From: Candidatus Marinacidobacterales bacterium
GTDB lineage: Bacteria > Acidobacteriota > Vicinamibacteria > Marinacidobacterales > DATDRI01
Direction: 5' to 3'
DNA length: 64,000 nt
Assembly: GCA_965219415.1 (NCBI GenBank)
Contig: CBDCNP010000002.1
Span: 1,696,001-1,760,000 of the forward strand
Below the pieces are notes generated by a model. The model was not told the DNA's origin and did not search any database. It worked only from the letters and a program-made list of their open reading frames with translations. Below are positions 62,779 to 64,000 of this stretch, piece by piece. The translations under genes were made by a program, and so were the position numbers. Within the stretch, counting starts at the first letter, position 1. Every line of letters begins with the position of its first letter.

Positions 62779-64000
62779 ATGAGTTCTAAGAAATACGACT
62801 TCGCACTCGCCATCGGAGGAGCCGCTGGCCAGGGGATCGCAACACCGGGAAACATCCTCGCTCGCATATTCGTCCGCCGTGGGCTCCATTTGAACGCCTA
62901 CAACGCATACCAATCCATCATTCGGGGCGGGCACATCTTTCTTACCATCAGGGTAAGTGACCAAGAGGTCTACACGCATGGAGACAAGCTCGACCTGCTC
63001 GTGTGCCTCAATCAAGACACCATCGATCGACACCTTGGGCTCATGGGAGTGGGAACCAGCGTCATCTTCAATAGTGACACCGTCAAGCCGGGCAAAGCCG
63101 CGGAAGGGGTGCAGCTGTGCGCGATGCCGGTGGGCGAGCTCAGCAACAACAGTCGCAACAAGCTCGTACAGAACACCGTCGCCCTAGGCGTAACCGTGTT
63201 CTTGCTCGGATTGGACTTCAAGACTCTCGAGGACGCCCTGACGTTGCAGTTCCAGCGAAAGGGCCAGGAAGTGGTAGACGAAAACGTCGGGGTGACGCGC
63301 GCTGGGTTTGAGTACGCGAAGGCGAACTTCAAGCCTTACCCGGAACCTATCTCACAGGGAGCCAAGCCGCTCGCCGTCTGGACCGGCAACGATGCCTTGG
63401 CGATGGGTGGTGCCGCAGCAGGCGTCAAGTTCTACTGCGCCTATCCGATGAGCCCGGCTACCGGCGTCCTCCATTGGATGGCCAAGAACGCTCGCGAGCT
63501 CGGAATCATGGTCCGCCAGGTCGAAGACGAGATCGGCGTCGCCAATATGGCCATCGGGGCGGCTCACACCGGGGCTCGGGCCATGTGCGCCACTTCTGGT
63601 GGAGGCTTCGCGTTGATGACCGAGGCCATCGGAATGGCGGGAATAATGGAGATTCCGGTCGTTTTCATTAATGTGCAGCGGGCCGGCCCGTCCACCGGGG
63701 TTCCCACTAAGACCGAGCAAGGCGACTTGTGGCAAATGCTCGGTGCCAGCCAGGGCGAGTTCCAACGTTTCATCGCTGCACCCGAGAACGCTCTGGACGC
63801 CTTCAACACGATTCCCGAGCTCTTTGACCTAGTCGACAAGTTTCAGTGTCCGGGTATCGTCATCTCCGATTTACTGATCTCGGAAGGTACTTTTAGCACC
63901 AATCCCGACGCGATCGACCTGCATCCAAAGATCGAACGCGGGGAGCTGATCACCGAGCCTGCCAGCCCAGGAAGTGAAGACGGGTACATGCGCTACAAGA
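62779..64000 (+). CDS. 2-oxoacid:acceptor oxidoreductase subunit alpha (partial, runs off the window; absent from the ORF track)
   Basis: Motifs IGGAAGQGI, YQSIIRGGH, GNDALAMG, YPMSPAT, QVEDEI, ATSGGGFALM and QRAGPSTGVPTKTEQGD. Confidence 0.93.
   Translation, partial: MSSKKYDFALAIGGAAGQGIATPGNILARIFVRRGLHLNAYNAYQSIIRGGHIFLTIRVSDQEVYTHGDKLDLLVCLNQDTIDRHLGLMGVGTSVIFNSDTVKPGKAAEGVQLCAMPVGELSNNSRNKLVQNTVALGVTVFLLGLDFKTLEDALTLQFQRKGQEVVDENVGVTRAGFEYAKANFKPYPEPISQGAKPLAVWTGNDALAMGGAAAGVKFYCAYPMSPATGVLHWMAKNARELGIMVRQVEDEIGVANMAIGAAHTGARAMCATSGGGFALMTEAIGMAGIMEIPVVFINVQRAGPSTGVPTKTEQGDLWQMLGASQGEFQRFIAAPENALDAFNTIPELFDLVDKFQCPGIVISDLLISEGTFSTNPDAIDLHPKIERGELITEPASPGSEDGYMRYK

Overview
A GC-rich bacterial chromosomal window, probably Acidobacteriota. 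That placement is inferred from an acidobacterial-type VWA protein and the conserved hypothetical genes, not from a marker phylogeny. Bases 1-15 kb (minus strand) carry a housekeeping run: TPR protein, LolB-position lipoprotein, ispE, spoVG, tRNA-Gln, prs, rplY, pth, rpsF, rpsR, rplI, dnaB, radA, PIN/TRAM, plsC, B3/B4 protein, ispD, ispF. Bases 15-23.5 kb hold an LPS core cluster, purH, a three-gene hypothetical operon and selA. Complex I is split into two divergent blocks (nuoEF-JKLMN and nuoA-B-C/D-G-H), and nuoI is not in the window. Between and after these blocks lie nth, an LLM oxidoreductase, a VWA protein, bshB1, a rhomboid protease, uvrA, an active plus an apparently inactive HtrA pair, rmuC, a DUF2090-like protein, a degraded envelope island, a sigma54 regulator lacking its phospho-Asp, a nested pair of IS remnants and the start of a 2-oxoacid:ferredoxin oxidoreductase alpha gene. 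The strongest finding is an IS110 element (39306-40483) whose RNA-guided 'bridge' logic can be read directly from the sequence. Its left-end RNA has guides matching both its own circle junction and its insertion site, which is a copy of a local palindromic repeat, and the joined ends form a 17-bp-spaced promoter. About ten small indels, mostly one extra T, interrupt genes and are probably sequencing artefacts. All calls come from reading motifs by eye; no searches or folding programs were run.
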